Assembly (NCBI GenBank): GCA_963836025.1
Contig: CAWIIE010000014.1
Location: 105,493 to 169,492 of the forward strand
DNA: 64,000 bases
From: an uncultured Actinomycetota bacterium
GTDB taxonomy: Bacteria; Actinomycetota; Actinomycetes; JBEVHX01
Direction of reading: 5' to 3'
This document shows, piece by piece, positions 28,888 to 39,558 of the stretch (within the stretch, counting starts at the first letter, position 1; the number at the start of each line of letters is the position of its first letter). A program made the position numbers and the translations under genes. Below the pieces are notes generated by a model that was given only the letters and a program-made list of their open reading frames with translations, searched no databases and had not been told where the DNA came from.

Positions 28888-29970
28888 GTGCGCCGTGTTC
28901 GAAGTGGTCTGACGGTTCGCCTTCTTTAGGATCTGGTCGGCGGTCTTGGTCCAGACGAAGGGGTGGCAGCGGTCGTTCCAGCCGTCGATGAAGGCGCGGA
29001 TCTTGGCGTTGAGGTCTTTAACCGAGCCGAAGCTGCCGCGGTGGATGGCCTGGCGTTCGATGATCCCGAACCAGACCTCGACCAGGTTCAGCCAGGAGCC
29101 GGAGGTCGGGGTGAAGTGCACGATGATCCGTGGGTTGGCCGCCAGCCAGCTGCGGACCTCGATCCGCTTGTGCGCTGCGTAGTTGTCCATGATCAGGTGC
29201 AGCTCGGTGCCGGTACCGTCGTCGGGGTAGGCGCGGGCGATCTGCTTGAGGAACGCCAGGAACTCCTGGTGGCGGTGCCGCGGCTTGCACGCCGCGGTGA
29301 CCGTGCCGGTGGCGACCTCCAGCGCCGCGAACAAGGTGGAGGTGCCGTGCCGCTTGTAGTCATGGGTTCGCCGGGCCGGCAACCCGGGCCGCATCGGCAG
29401 CATCGGCGCGGTCCGGTCCAGCGCCTGGATCTGGGACTTCTCATCCACGCACAGCACGATCGCGTTCTCCGGCGGGGCAAGGTACAGCCCGACCACGTCG
29501 ACCACCTTGGCGACCAGTTCCGGGTCGGTGGAGAACTTGAACGTCTCCACCCGCCACGGCTGCACCCCGTACTCCCGCCACGCCCGGGCCACGGTGGCGT
29601 TCCCGATCCCCAGGTGGGTGGCCAGCAGCCGAGACGACCAGTGCGTCACCCCGTACCTCCTCGGCGGGGGCGCGAGCGTGGCAGCGACCACCGCACCGTG
29701 ATCGACCGACCTCGGCCGGCCGGAGCGCGGGTCATCGTCCAACCCGGCGATGCCGTGGCTGGCATACCGGTTCCGCCAGTCGATCACCGTCGGCCGCGAC
29801 GTCCCGACCTTCGCCGCGATCGCCGTGTTCGACTCCCCGTCCGCGGCCAGCAACACGATCCGCGCCCGCTGCGCCAGCCCCGCCCGCGCCGAAGACGACC
29901 TCGTCAACCGGGCCAGTTCCTCTCGATCACCATCACGCAACACCAAGGCCGCCGCCGGACGATTCGCCAT
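28885..29970 (-). CDS. IS630 family transposase
   Basis: MANRPAAALVL...; HTH region, VLCVDEKSQIQAL, MDNYAAHK, FTPTSGSWLNLVEVWF (DDE); stop codon TAG lies in the terminal CTAG. Confidence 0.9.
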   Translation of the reverse strand: MANRPAAALVLRDGDREELARLTRSSSARAGLAQRARIVLLAADGESNTAIAAKVGTSRPTVIDWRNRYASHGIAGLDDDPRSGRPRSVDHGAVVAATLAPPPRRYGVTHWSSRLLATHLGIGNATVARAWREYGVQPWRVETFKFSTDPELVAKVVDVVGLYLAPPENAIVLCVDEKSQIQALDRTAPMLPMRPGLPARRTHDYKRHGTSTLFAALEVATGTVTAACKPRHRHQEFLAFLKQIARAYPDDGTGTELHLIMDNYAAHKRIEVRSWLAANPRIIVHFTPTSGSWLNLVEVWFGIIERQAIHRGSFGSVKDLNAKIRAFIDGWNDRCHPFVWTKTADQILKKANRQTTSNTAH

Positions 29971-30024
29971 GACCCAATTCTGGCCCAACCAGAAGCGTCA
30001 ACCTATTAATGACACGCTTCACTA
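28886..30024 (-). mobile_element. intact IS630-family insertion sequence
   Basis: Ends lie in CTAG (28885-28888, 30022-30025); imperfect TIRs ACTAGTGCGCCGTGT / ACTAGTGAAGCGTGT; about 1.14 kb. Confidence 0.8.
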
Positions 30025-30115
30025 GTAGGAGCCTGTGCGAGAGGCCCCGTCCCTGTCTTGTCCGACCCTCCGGCTCGTGCGCGCCTTCCCGTTCAATCCG
30101 ACTGAAAGGGATGGC

Positions 30116-31176
30116 ATGACCACGATCGCATCCGCGTCCGGTGTTGTCACCGGCGGCGTGGACACCCACCTCGACACCCACGTCGCTGCGGTGGTTGATC
30201 ACCTCGGCGCGGTGTTGGGGACCACGGCGTTCCCGACGACGCCGGACGGCTACCGGCGTCTGCTGAGCGCTGGATGCGCGACCTCGGGCTGCTCGACCGG
30301 GTTGGGGTCGAGGGCACCGGCAGCTACGGCGCCGGCCTGGCCCGACACCTGGCCCGCGAGCAGGTGCACGTGGTCGAGGTGGACCGGCCGAACCGGCAGG
30401 TGCGTCGCCGGCACGGCAAGACCGACACCGTCGACGCGATCGCCGCGGCCCGCGCCGCGCTGGCCCGGACGGCGGTCGGCACTCCGAAGGCCGGCGACCG
30501 GTCAGGTCGAGGCAATCCGCGCGCTGCGGCTGGTGATTCGCAGTGCGCACAAGGCCCGCACCCAGGCCACCGAACCAGCTGCACAACCTGGTGCTGACCG
30601 CGCCCGAGGAGCTGCGGCAACGGCTGCGCGGCACCACCACGCAGACAGCTCGTGGCGACCTGCGCCGGGCTGCGGCCCGGTGACGGGGAGGACCTGATGT
30701 CGCTGATGAAGCTGGCGCTGCGCGAGACCGCGCTGCGCATCGCAAACCCTCGACGCCCAGCTCGCCCGACTCAAGCCACGCCTGCGTGTCGCTGGTCACC
30801 GACGGTGGCACCAGAGCTGATCGCCCGTCCCGGCATCGGGGCCGACACCGCCGCCGCGCTGCTGATCGCTGCCGGTGACAACCCGGACCGGCTGCGCTCG
30901 GAGCAAAGCTCCTTCGCCGCGCTGTGCGGAGCGAACCCGATCCCGGCCAGCAGCGGCAAGGTCACCCGGCACCGGCTCAACCGGGGCGGCGACCGACAAG
31001 CCAACGCCGCGCTGTGGCGCATCGTGCTCGTCCGGATGGGCCACGACCCACTCACTCGCGACTACGTCGAACGACGCACCAAAGAAGGGCGAACCAAGCC
31101 CGAGATCATGCGATGCCTCAAGCGCTACGTCGCCCGCGAAGTCTTCGACCTGCTACCTCGAGAGCATGCTGCTTGA
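30116..31176 (+). pseudogene. IS110 family transposase with at least three frameshifts
   Basis: VTGGVDTHLDTHVAAVVD, VGVEGTGSYGAGLARHL, ELIARPGIGADTAAALLIAAGDNPDRL, NRGGDRQANAALW found in different frames. Confidence 0.8.
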
Positions 31177-31548
31177 CAGTAGGAGCATCGCCTATGCACG
31201 CCTGAGGGTCAGACGTGCGTCATCAGTGTCGTCGGGCTCATGGAGTTCAGGTCGTCCATGAGGCGGCCGTAGGTGACTTGCACGCCAGGACTAGCAGCGT
31301 CCGCCTCGTGCGAGCGAAACGACTCTGATGTGCAGGGACCGCGCGATCGAGAACTGCGTCCAGTTCCGCGCTCTGCGGCCGACAGGGCGTCGCCGCGGGT
31401 GGCAAGTAGTCCCGCCCGCAACGCATAGCAGGCCCACCTGGTCGTTCATTGGAAGACGTTACCGCGCGCAATCACCACGGCGTTCGACGACGACTCCGGG
31501 TTTCTGCCGATGCAACTCGAGCGCAAGAGGCGGCGTAGCCTTCGCCGG

Positions 31549-32519
31549 TCAGTCTTGGCGCGAAGGTGCCTCTGGCGGCCCACCTGACGCCGGCCCTCCC
31601 GCGGCGGGGGAGCTGTCGGCTCCTAGTACTCGAAGAAGCCGCTCCTCGCGGCTGTAGTGGCCGACCGAGTCGAAGGCGTATTTCGCTCGCAGTCCCGCGC
31701 TGAGATCACAGTCGGCGATCAAGGTTTCCTCGTGTCCGTAAACAGGCTCGGCGACCACCGTGCCGTCGGGCGCGACGATCATCGTGCCGCCCCTGGTGAC
31801 GAACTCGTCTCCGTCCGTGGGCACGGTTTCCACCTCAACGGGGTGGTCGCTACGGCGACTGAGGCCGCACACCGAAACCACCCAGGTGCCGGATTCGAAG
31901 GCGATGGTCTGCATCAGGGCAGGCCATACCGCGCTGTCGTCCATCGTCGGAGCCAGCCAGATCTGCGGTCCCTGCCGGTAGACCGCATATCGCGCCAGCG
32001 GCATGAAGTTTTCCCAGCATGTCAGTCCGCCGAGCCGTCCCACGGGCGTCGCGACCACGCCCAGGTCGTCCCCAGCTCCTATTGCGTGGAACAAGCGCTC
32101 GTGATGCGTTGGCATCACCTTGCGGTGCCGCAGCAATAGGCCGCTTGGCCCGAAGAGAAGCATCGTGTTGTACAGGCTGCCGGGCCTGTCGTCCTCACGC
32201 TCATTGACGCCAATCGCCAGATGAACATCGAACTCGCGGCACACACTCGCCAAACGCTCCGCCAGCGGCCCGCGGACATCAACGGCGCTCCGCCACATCC
32301 GCTCGAAGAGCCGGTCTGTCTTGGATCCGAGTCCGACCGGGTCAGCCGCGACATCGGGTAGAAGGACACGAAGCACTCCGGGAAGACAACCAGACGAGCC
32401 CCCTTCGCGGCCGCCTCCTTCGTCAACGCGATGGCCTTCTCAACGCTTGCCTCCGCGTCGAGAATTACTGGGGTTGCCTGCACAGCGGCCACCCTCACGG
32501 GTTCGAGCACCACCATCAC
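31549..32519 (-). pseudogene. nitrilase / C-N hydrolase split by one frameshift (or assembly error)
   Basis: VRVAAVQATP...ARLVVFPECFVSFYP then frame change; adding one C (plus GGG 32356-32358) gives YPDVAADPVGLG...; RHRKVMPT (Lys) and GGLTCWENFMP (Cys) present. Confidence 0.75.
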
Positions 32520-32929
32520 AAGAGCGTCCCACCAGCCGCCCAGGCTGAAAAGGGACCACCTGGGCAGGAGGCGGTCATGTGCGGGTCGTGCCGCGGAAGA
32601 CGGCTACATCAGCGCCGCGATCGAAGGTCTCGCGGCCGACGCCCCGGCTGCGACCAAGGCACTCGCGTTCGCAGTCCGACATGTGCCCAGGGCAATGCTG
32701 CGGGCTCGTGGTGTCGACTTCTTCATGGGCGACCCCTTGCACCACTACATGGAAGTCGGACTGCTTCGCGGGTCCCAGGAGCGCCCGGAAGGGACGTACG
32801 ACAATGTCGAGGACACTCACCCCACGACGCCCGCCGCCGTGGAACCCCTGGCGACCGCACCCTGAGGCCGCCCTCACGGAGGTGACGGCGACCCGGCGAC
32901 CGCATCCGGGACTGCTCTGTCACATCGCT

Positions 32930-33212
32930 TCCTTCACCCAGAGGGCGGTGGAACGCCTGAGCACATCGCGCTCCAGCACCAGCTCGGCGTTCTCCCGACG
33001 CAACCGAGTCAGCTCCGCGCGCTCGGACTCTGACAGAGGCCTGATCGCCGACCTCGCGCGCGAGCCGGTCCCGGTTCACCCAGTTCCCGAGCGTGCCCTC
33101 GTTTACCCGAGCTCCCGAGCGACCTGCGCAATCGGCTTTCCGGTCTCCAGACACGATCCGCACCGCGCCCTCCGGGAACTCAGGAGTCTTACCTCCTGCG
33201 TGTCTCAGGCAT
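32930..33212 (-). pseudogene. IS3-family orfA (HTH transposase subunit) stub, frameshifted, no orfB
   Basis: TPEFPEGAVRIV.., VNEGTLGNWVNRDR, SESERAELTRLRRENAELVLERDVLRRSTALWVKEAM across frames. Confidence 0.65.
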
Positions 33213-33347
33213 AGCCTCCCTCCTCAGCGGCGATGTCTCCACGCTACGAGGGAAGCCCAGTCGAAGCCGAGTTCTACCGTCACCACAACACCGCCGCCGA
33301 GCAGCCGCTCGCGGCTGAACCGACCCTGTAGCCACCCGGGCGATTCA

Positions 33348-33599
33348 ATGAGGTACAACCTGGCCCGGCTACGCCTCAACGGACTGATCGAACGACAGCC
33401 CGGCACGAACACCTACCAGCTCACCGCCGACGGCCAGCGGGTCGCGATCTTCTACACCAAGGTTCACGACCGGGTGCTGCGCCCACTCCTGGCCGCTGAT
33501 AGGCCACCCGCGGCCCCAGAGCTGCGACGCGCGCTGACCACCGTCGACCGACACCTCCACGCCTACGTCGACAGCGCAAGCCTCGTTAACGCCGCCTGA
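33348..33599 (+). pseudogene. C-terminal fragment of a wHTH-like actinobacterial protein (family not named)
   Basis: MRYNLARLRLNGLIERQPGTNTYQLTADGQRVAIFYTKVHDRVLRPLL; begins next to the IS3 stub, N-terminal part missing. Confidence 0.3.
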
Positions 33600-33709
33600 A
33601 ACTCAAGACAAACACATGAGTCCTAGCGACCAAGGATCGCTAGGCGGTCGCCAATGCCGCTTAGTTCCTCACGCGACTTGTGGATCAGCAAGTCGGCGTG
33701 GCAACCGTG

Positions 33710-35021
33710 CTACACCCTCACGACCTCACCGTGTGTCGGGTCGACAGGATCCGCGCGGACGATGAATCCGTCCGGCCAAGTGCGCACTTCGTTGAGTCCT
33801 GGGTCGTCGAGATGCAGCACGCTCGCCCGGTCGAACTCGGCGTGGTCGGTGAAGGTCGTCTCGTCGAACTGGGCATCGCCGGCGAAGGTCGCCCCGCCGA
33901 ACCGCGCCAGGGTGAAGGCCGCCTTGTTGAACCAGACGCTGCGGCCGAATTTCGCCTCGCCGAACGAGGCGTTGCGTGCGAAGCTCGCCTCGAAGAACCC
34001 GGCGTCAAAGATGAAGGTTGCCCCGTCGAACGAGGCGTCGCCCTCAATGGTCACGCCGTTGAACCCGGCGTCACCGGAGAAGGTCGCGTAGCCGAACCAG
34101 GCGCTGCCTTCGAAGGTCGCCCCGGCGAACGAGAGGTAGGTGAAAGTAGCGCTGATAAACGCGGCGTCGCCGGAAAATGTCGCCCCAACGAACAAGGTGT
34201 TGCCGGTGAAGCTCGCCCCGCCGAACTCGGCGCGGCCGGTGAAGGTCGCCCCGCCGAACGACGCGTTGCCAGTGAAGGTCGCGTAAGCGAACGAGGCGTC
34301 GCCGGCAAAGGTCGCCCCGGCAAATGACGCCTGCACAACAGAAGCCTTTGTGAGGTCAAGCTGCACGAGGGTGGCGCCGGTGAGGTCAAGGCTGATCCGG
34401 GGCCAGAAGTTCTCGTCCGGAGAGGACGGGCGTAGCTGCGCTCTCTGCCGAAATGTCATCGGGTCGGATGAGGTGGGCGGCGAGTAGGCGTTGGACGGTC
34501 TGACGCACTTGCAGTTCCTGGGCCGAATCGTGCGCTTGCTGGACGCGCTCGACCTCGGTAGGGATGTCGGACCGGGCGGGGAGCGTGTAGGGCATGCGCA
34601 GGTAGGCGCAGAACACATCAACAATGGCCTGCCGACGGTGCGGTTGGCCCTGGGCGAGGGAGTCCAGGGAGTACAGGGCTCCGAGGCGGACCGGGGCATG
34701 ATCGTGACCGAGCTGCTCGACGGCCTTGGCGTAGAGCTCTCGGTCATAAGTGCGGTCCTGCTCGAGACGGTTTTGCCGATAGGTGCGATAAGTAATGACG
34801 AGGCCACCTGCCACTGCCAGCCCAGCGAGGGCCTGCACCAGTGTGGTCCGGACGTCGTTCTTGGCCTTCAGTTCCTGCTCGGCAGTGAGGTTCCGCTGCG
34901 GTTGCTGAGTGAGCAACCACGGACCTAGGACGAGCACGAAAAAGATGAGCAAGATCCCTGCAAGGATGCCCACTGTCCAAAGAGCCGTGGTCCGGGTGTC
35001 CAGCCTTCGCCTCTCCGCCAT
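33710..35021 (-). pseudogene. membrane-anchored pentapeptide-repeat protein split by one frameshift (or assembly error)
   Basis: N part: TM WTVGILAGILLIFFVLVLGPWLL plus helical region (VRLGALYSLDSLAQ); C part in another frame: about 40 A(D/N)LxF-type repeats (ATFAGDASFAYATFTGNASF...). Confidence 0.75.
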
Positions 35022-35089
35022 CGGTTCCCTCTCCAAAATGCTCCGCTGCCCCATTCCAGGTCCACCACGCTTCTGCACGGTCGGGTAGC

Positions 35090-35500
35090 CAGGACCACCA
35101 GCCAGCCTGGCGCCCGCCGCACAGTCTCCTTGACCTGGTTGTGGATGCCGGCCACGAGGCCGTCGCGGGCCATCGGCCCGACCTGCGTCGCCTCATCGGT
35201 CGGGTCGCCCACCCCCAGCCGCCGGGTGGCCGCGACGAAGGTCGCGGTGAAATTCTCGGCGACCGGCGCCTCCGCGATCGGCCGCTTGCCCAGACGCTGC
35301 TCTGACCCGCGTTGTTGAGGCGTGCGCGGACCGCGGTGCGGCAGCCTTCTGTACGTCGGCGTCGGCGAGGACGACGAAGTCGTCGGAGCCGGCGAGCTCG
35401 AGGACGGGGTTGGCCGGAGACGCTTCCGGGTTTCCCGGTGTGAACACGCCTTGGGCGGGCGCGGGCAGCGTTGGGCCCATGGCCGAATTCGACATCGACG
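35090..35500 (-). pseudogene. internal fragment of an aldehyde dehydrogenase, frameshifted and truncated at both ends
   Basis: ELAGSDDFVVLADADVQKAA, RLNNAGQS, FVAATRRLGVGDPTDEATQVGPMARDG in different frames. Confidence 0.55.
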
Positions 35501-35592
35501 AGAAGTCGGGTCACCGGATGCAACTTCGGTCGCTCTCGGGTTCCTCGGCTTGAGGGTCACAGTCTTGCCGATGCGTGCAATGCCGCGCGGCA

Positions 35593-37237
35593 TTAGTCGG
35601 CGGCGAGGAACGCGTGCACCTCCCCCAGGAAGATGGGCCAGGCTGGCTCGTCCTCGAGCAGGATGTGGTTGGTCCCGTCCAGGGCCACGAACGTGGCGCC
35701 GGGGATGAGTTCGGCCAGCAGCCTGCCCTGCTCGAACGGGGGTCGCTGGTCGTTTCGGGCATGCAGCACCAGCGTGGGTGCCTGCACCGAACGCGCGGTG
35801 TCGCAGATGTCGATGTGCCCGGTCACCTGCAGCAGTCGGGCCGCGTTCTGCGGCGACGTCGAGCGGCGCTGGAGCTCGTTGAAGTCGTCCCACAGCTCCT
35901 TCGAGCCGCCCGGCATGAACTGCGACGTGAACACCTGCCGGAAGGACGCGTCGTCCTGGCCCCACCCGACCCGGGCCAGTTCGACCTGCAGCGCGTGCAG
36001 CCGACGGGCGGTTGGGCTGTTCCCGCGCGCTTGTCGGCCCTGCGCGAAGGCGCCGTACAAGCACGAGTTTGCGGACGCGCTGTGGGTGGCGCGCGGCGTA
36101 TTCCACCGCGACAGCGCCGCCCTGCGAGACGCCGAGCAGATCGAACTGCGCGAGGCCGAGCGCGTCCACGACGGCTTCGAGGTCGGCTACCCACGCCTCG
36201 AGGGAGTAGGAGGCATCCGGCACGTGCCACTCCGAGAGCCCGCAGCCGCGTTCGTCGTATCGGATCAGTCGGTGCTGTGCCGACAGTTCGCGCCACCAAT
36301 GCGCCCAGACCGGGCTGGCCCAGTCATAGTCCAGGTGGGTCAGCCAGTTGGCGGCCTTGACCAGTGGCGGCCCCGTCCCGCTGGTCGCGTAGGCGAGCCG
36401 CACGCCGTCGGCGGCGCGGCAGAACCCCAGCCGCTGTGTGGCCAGGCCCGCATGTCTGGGCGAGGCGGTCGACCGCGGGGCGGCCGCCGCGGGCACACCC
36501 ACCGGGCTGTCCAGGGCCTCCACGCGCAGGGCGAAGCCCTCCGGGCTGAGCCCGATACCCAGCTCGTCCTCGAGGATCCGTTCGATCTCACCGATCTGCT
36601 GCAACGCACCGGCCCGATCGCCGCGGGCCAGCATCGAGCGGGCGACGCCGAGATGCGCCTCTTCGTCCGTTCGGTCGAGCCGCACCAGCTCCGGCCAGCG
36701 GCCGGCCCGCCGCAGCAGCTCCCGGTGGACCGCCTCCAGGCGCCGCCGGGGCTGCGCCGCCCAGGGCGCGTACAGGTCGTCCGGCAGCAGCCCGACGCCG
36801 AACATCGCGAGCGCCGCCCCGGCCCGACCGGGATCAGGAAGCCCGTCCTCGGGCGCCGTGAGCTCGGCCGCCGCCGCCTCGACCATCACCGTGTCGACCT
36901 CGACGTCGGCCTCCGGGAACAACGTGACGAACTGGTTGCTCAGCACCACGCACCCGGGAACTCCCGTGCCCCGGCGGGCGTAGTGCGCCGCCTTGTGCAG
37001 CCGGTTCGCCGCGTCGTCGGAGGGGACGCCGGGCCACAGCGCGTCCATCACCTGCTCGCGATGCAGCCGTCGCCCGGGGGTCAGCGCCAGAAGCTTCACC
37101 AGCGAGGCAGCACTGCGCTGGGGGAACGCGGAGCCGGTCAACCGCCGGCCGTCGATCACCACCGCGAACTCGTCCAGCAGGTGGATCCACACGTCCACGT
37201 GCTGACGGTATCCGCAGTCAATCGGCGTGTCTGCCAT
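35593..37237 (-). pseudogene. SARP (wHTH + BTAD) fused to alpha/beta hydrolase, one frameshift near 36059 (or assembly error)
   Basis: LLDEFAVVIDGRRL...REQVMDALWP (wHTH), BTAD helices, then GTGPPLVKAANWLTHL, LLGVSQGGAVA (GxSxG), HPQRVRKLVL / YGAFAQGR..., APTLVLHARND. Confidence 0.75.
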
Positions 37238-37608
37238 CGACCAGACGCCGCGGCAGCAGGTCCCGCGCCGGTTCCCGACCGGATCGAAGGTCACCCGCAC
37301 CCTGCGGTGCGCCCAGTCCGTAAGAGGGTTGATCGCTTCGTCGAGCCCGTGGTGGCGAACGGCCCATCGGTGTCGTTCAGAGGGGACTGGCGCTCTCGTT
37401 CGCGGTTCACCTGTCGTCGGTGCTCCTCGGGGAGCTTGCACAGGGCGTCGGGCAATCCGACGACGCGTCGGCCGGCACGGGACTTCGTTTCGTCGAAGCC
37501 GGCGCGGCGACGGCGGCCAGCGTTCATCCGCGCCCGGTCTCGATGTGCGCGAGAACGGCCCATAACCTACGCTTGGGTAAGTTACGCAACCGTAGGTCTG
37601 GAGGACCG

Positions 37609-38547
37609 ATGGCGACAGCCACCCACGACGTCCGGCTGATGCGCGAGCTCGAACCGGTGGTCGAGCGCGAACTCGACCGCCACCTCGGGGTCGCCAAGGA
37701 CTGGTTCCCGCACGAGTACGTCCCATGGGGTGAGGGCTCCGACTTCGACGGCCCGTACGCCGGCCAGGCCTGGGACCCGGAGCAGTCGCGGATGGACGAG
37801 GTGTCCAGGAACTCCCTCGAGCTCAACCTGCTGACCGAGGACAACCTGCCCAGCTATCACCGCGAGATCGCCGACGTCTTCGGTCACGACGGTGCCTGGG
37901 GCACCTGGGTCGGGCGCTGGACCGCCGAGGAAGGCCGGCACGCCATCGCGATCCGCGACTACCTGGTCGTGACCCGCTCCGTCGACCCGGTCGAGCTCGA
38001 GCGTGCCCGCATGCAGCACATGACCACCGGCTACACGTCGACGGTGGACGGCGGCATGCTGCAGTCGGTCGCCTACGTGTCCTTCCAGGAGCTGGCCACC
38101 CGCATCTCCCACCGCAACACCGGTCGGCATACCGGCGATCCCGGCTGCGAGCGGCTGCTCGCCCGAATCGCGGCCGATGAGAACCTGCACATGCTCTTCT
38201 ACCGCAACCTGCTCGACGCCGCCTTCGACGTCGCCCCCGCGGAGACGATGCGCGCGGTCACCGACGTCGTGCGCGACTTCGCGATGCCCGGAGCAACCAT
38301 CGCCAACTACACCCGCCGCTCGGTGCAGATCGCGATGGCCGGCATCTACGACCTGCGCATCCATCACGACGAGGTGCTCGCACCCGTGCTCCGGGCCTGG
38401 AACATCTGGGACCGATCCGGCCTCGGGCCCGACGGCGACGCGGCCCGGGAGGAACTCGCGATGTTCATGTCCGGCGTCGACTCAGCTGCCGCGCGATTCG
38501 AACAGAAACGCGCCGCCCGCCAGCAGCGGCTGGCCGCAACAGCCTGA
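37609..38547 (+). CDS. acyl-ACP desaturase (DesA-type di-iron enzyme)
   Basis: GGAGGA RBS then ATG 37609; NLLTEDNLPSYH, WTAEEGRHAIAIRDY, FQELATRISHRN, IAADENLHMLFY (two ExxH motifs). Confidence 0.9.
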   Translation: MATATHDVRLMRELEPVVERELDRHLGVAKDWFPHEYVPWGEGSDFDGPYAGQAWDPEQSRMDEVSRNSLELNLLTEDNLPSYHREIADVFGHDGAWGTWVGRWTAEEGRHAIAIRDYLVVTRSVDPVELERARMQHMTTGYTSTVDGGMLQSVAYVSFQELATRISHRNTGRHTGDPGCERLLARIAADENLHMLFYRNLLDAAFDVAPAETMRAVTDVVRDFAMPGATIANYTRRSVQIAMAGIYDLRIHHDEVLAPVLRAWNIWDRSGLGPDGDAAREELAMFMSGVDSAAARFEQKRAARQQRLAATA

Positions 38548-38856
38548 CCCATGCGATCGTCAGCCGCCACTGCGACGCCAGCACCGACGAGGCCCGGCGC
38601 CAACAACCTCTCAACACCCGAGTCAACATCAAGGTGGGCGGCGAGTTCGCCGGCTCCGACTCGATTTGGGCGGGACAACAGGATTAGATGGGTGGCGGGC
38701 CGGGAAGTCTGGTCGGCACTCGTGATTGCTCCAGTGCGAGGGAGTCGCGGTGATTGTCCGGGGGCCTGCCGAGTCGTCAGATGCGGGCGGCCGCGCGGCG
38801 GCAGTGCTCGGTTTTGGCCGCCATGGCCCATTCCCCACGCACACCGGGAGACGGCG

Positions 38857-39339
38857 GTGTGGGTGCTGCTGACCGGAGAGGGCGACATCCGCGTCGAGCG
38901 GGTCTCTGCCCCGGACCGGGTTCTCTGCCGTGTCAGAAGCAGGCAACTCGACCGTCAACTCGCCGATGGGGCGTGTCCCGACGCGAATATGTCTCTCGCT
39001 CTTCGCGCGAGGCTGCTGATGAGACCCACCACTCGCAGTCAGCTGGCGCGGAGCATCGCTAGGGTTCTGGCGCAGGCGAGTGAACCCCGCCGCCGCTGGC
39101 CCACACGAGGCTCGCGGGTGCCCGTCGCCAAGGGCAACGTGGTCGAGGCAGCACCCTCGCTGGAGGCCCTGTCCGACCGGTTACGCGGCCCTGTTCCCGT
39201 TTCGGTTCGGGGCATGGCGTCGGTCGAGCTGCTTCTTGGCGATGGAGTTGGCCCGGTCTACAACCCCCACTGCCCTCGACAGCTGCGCGACATGGTTGAC
39301 GAGGCCCTCAGGTCACTGGCCCAGCTCGACGGCGACTGA
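38857..39339 (+). CDS. hypothetical protein (start uncertain)
   Basis: In-frame GTG at 38857; RQLDRQLADGACPD...LALRARLL...VPVSVRGMASVELLLGDGVGPVYNP resembles a conserved actinobacterial hypothetical family. Confidence 0.4.
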   Translation: MWVLLTGEGDIRVERVSAPDRVLCRVRSRQLDRQLADGACPDANMSLALRARLLMRPTTRSQLARSIARVLAQASEPRRRWPTRGSRVPVAKGNVVEAAPSLEALSDRLRGPVPVSVRGMASVELLLGDGVGPVYNPHCPRQLRDMVDEALRSLAQLDGD

Positions 39340-39558
39340 CGGCGGAGACGGGGACGCGCCAGCCTGGTCGAGTCCGGAGGCTGTACCCTCAGCCCGGTCG
39401 CCGCATGCCTCGCGAACGCTGGCAGATCGTGCTTCCTGCACCGTGTGCCTCGACCATGCATGTGGCCCGGCTAACTGGCGTGTCACGGCAACCAGATCCG
39501 GCACAGAGCCGTTGGTGGTTGCCGAGTCGCTCAGCAACGGTGCCTGGCCCAGGTCCGG

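Noticed and set aside
32581-32865. Plus-strand frame with high third-position GC (…AAEDGYISAAIEGLAADAPAATKALAFAVRHVPRAMLRARGVDFFMGDPLHHYMEVGLLRG…) between the nitrilase start and the IS3 stub.
   Set aside because: Codon bias suggests it is coding. However, there is no in-frame ATG/GTG before 32683 and no family I recognise. It is probably a truncated gene or a very short one, and the start cannot be fixed.
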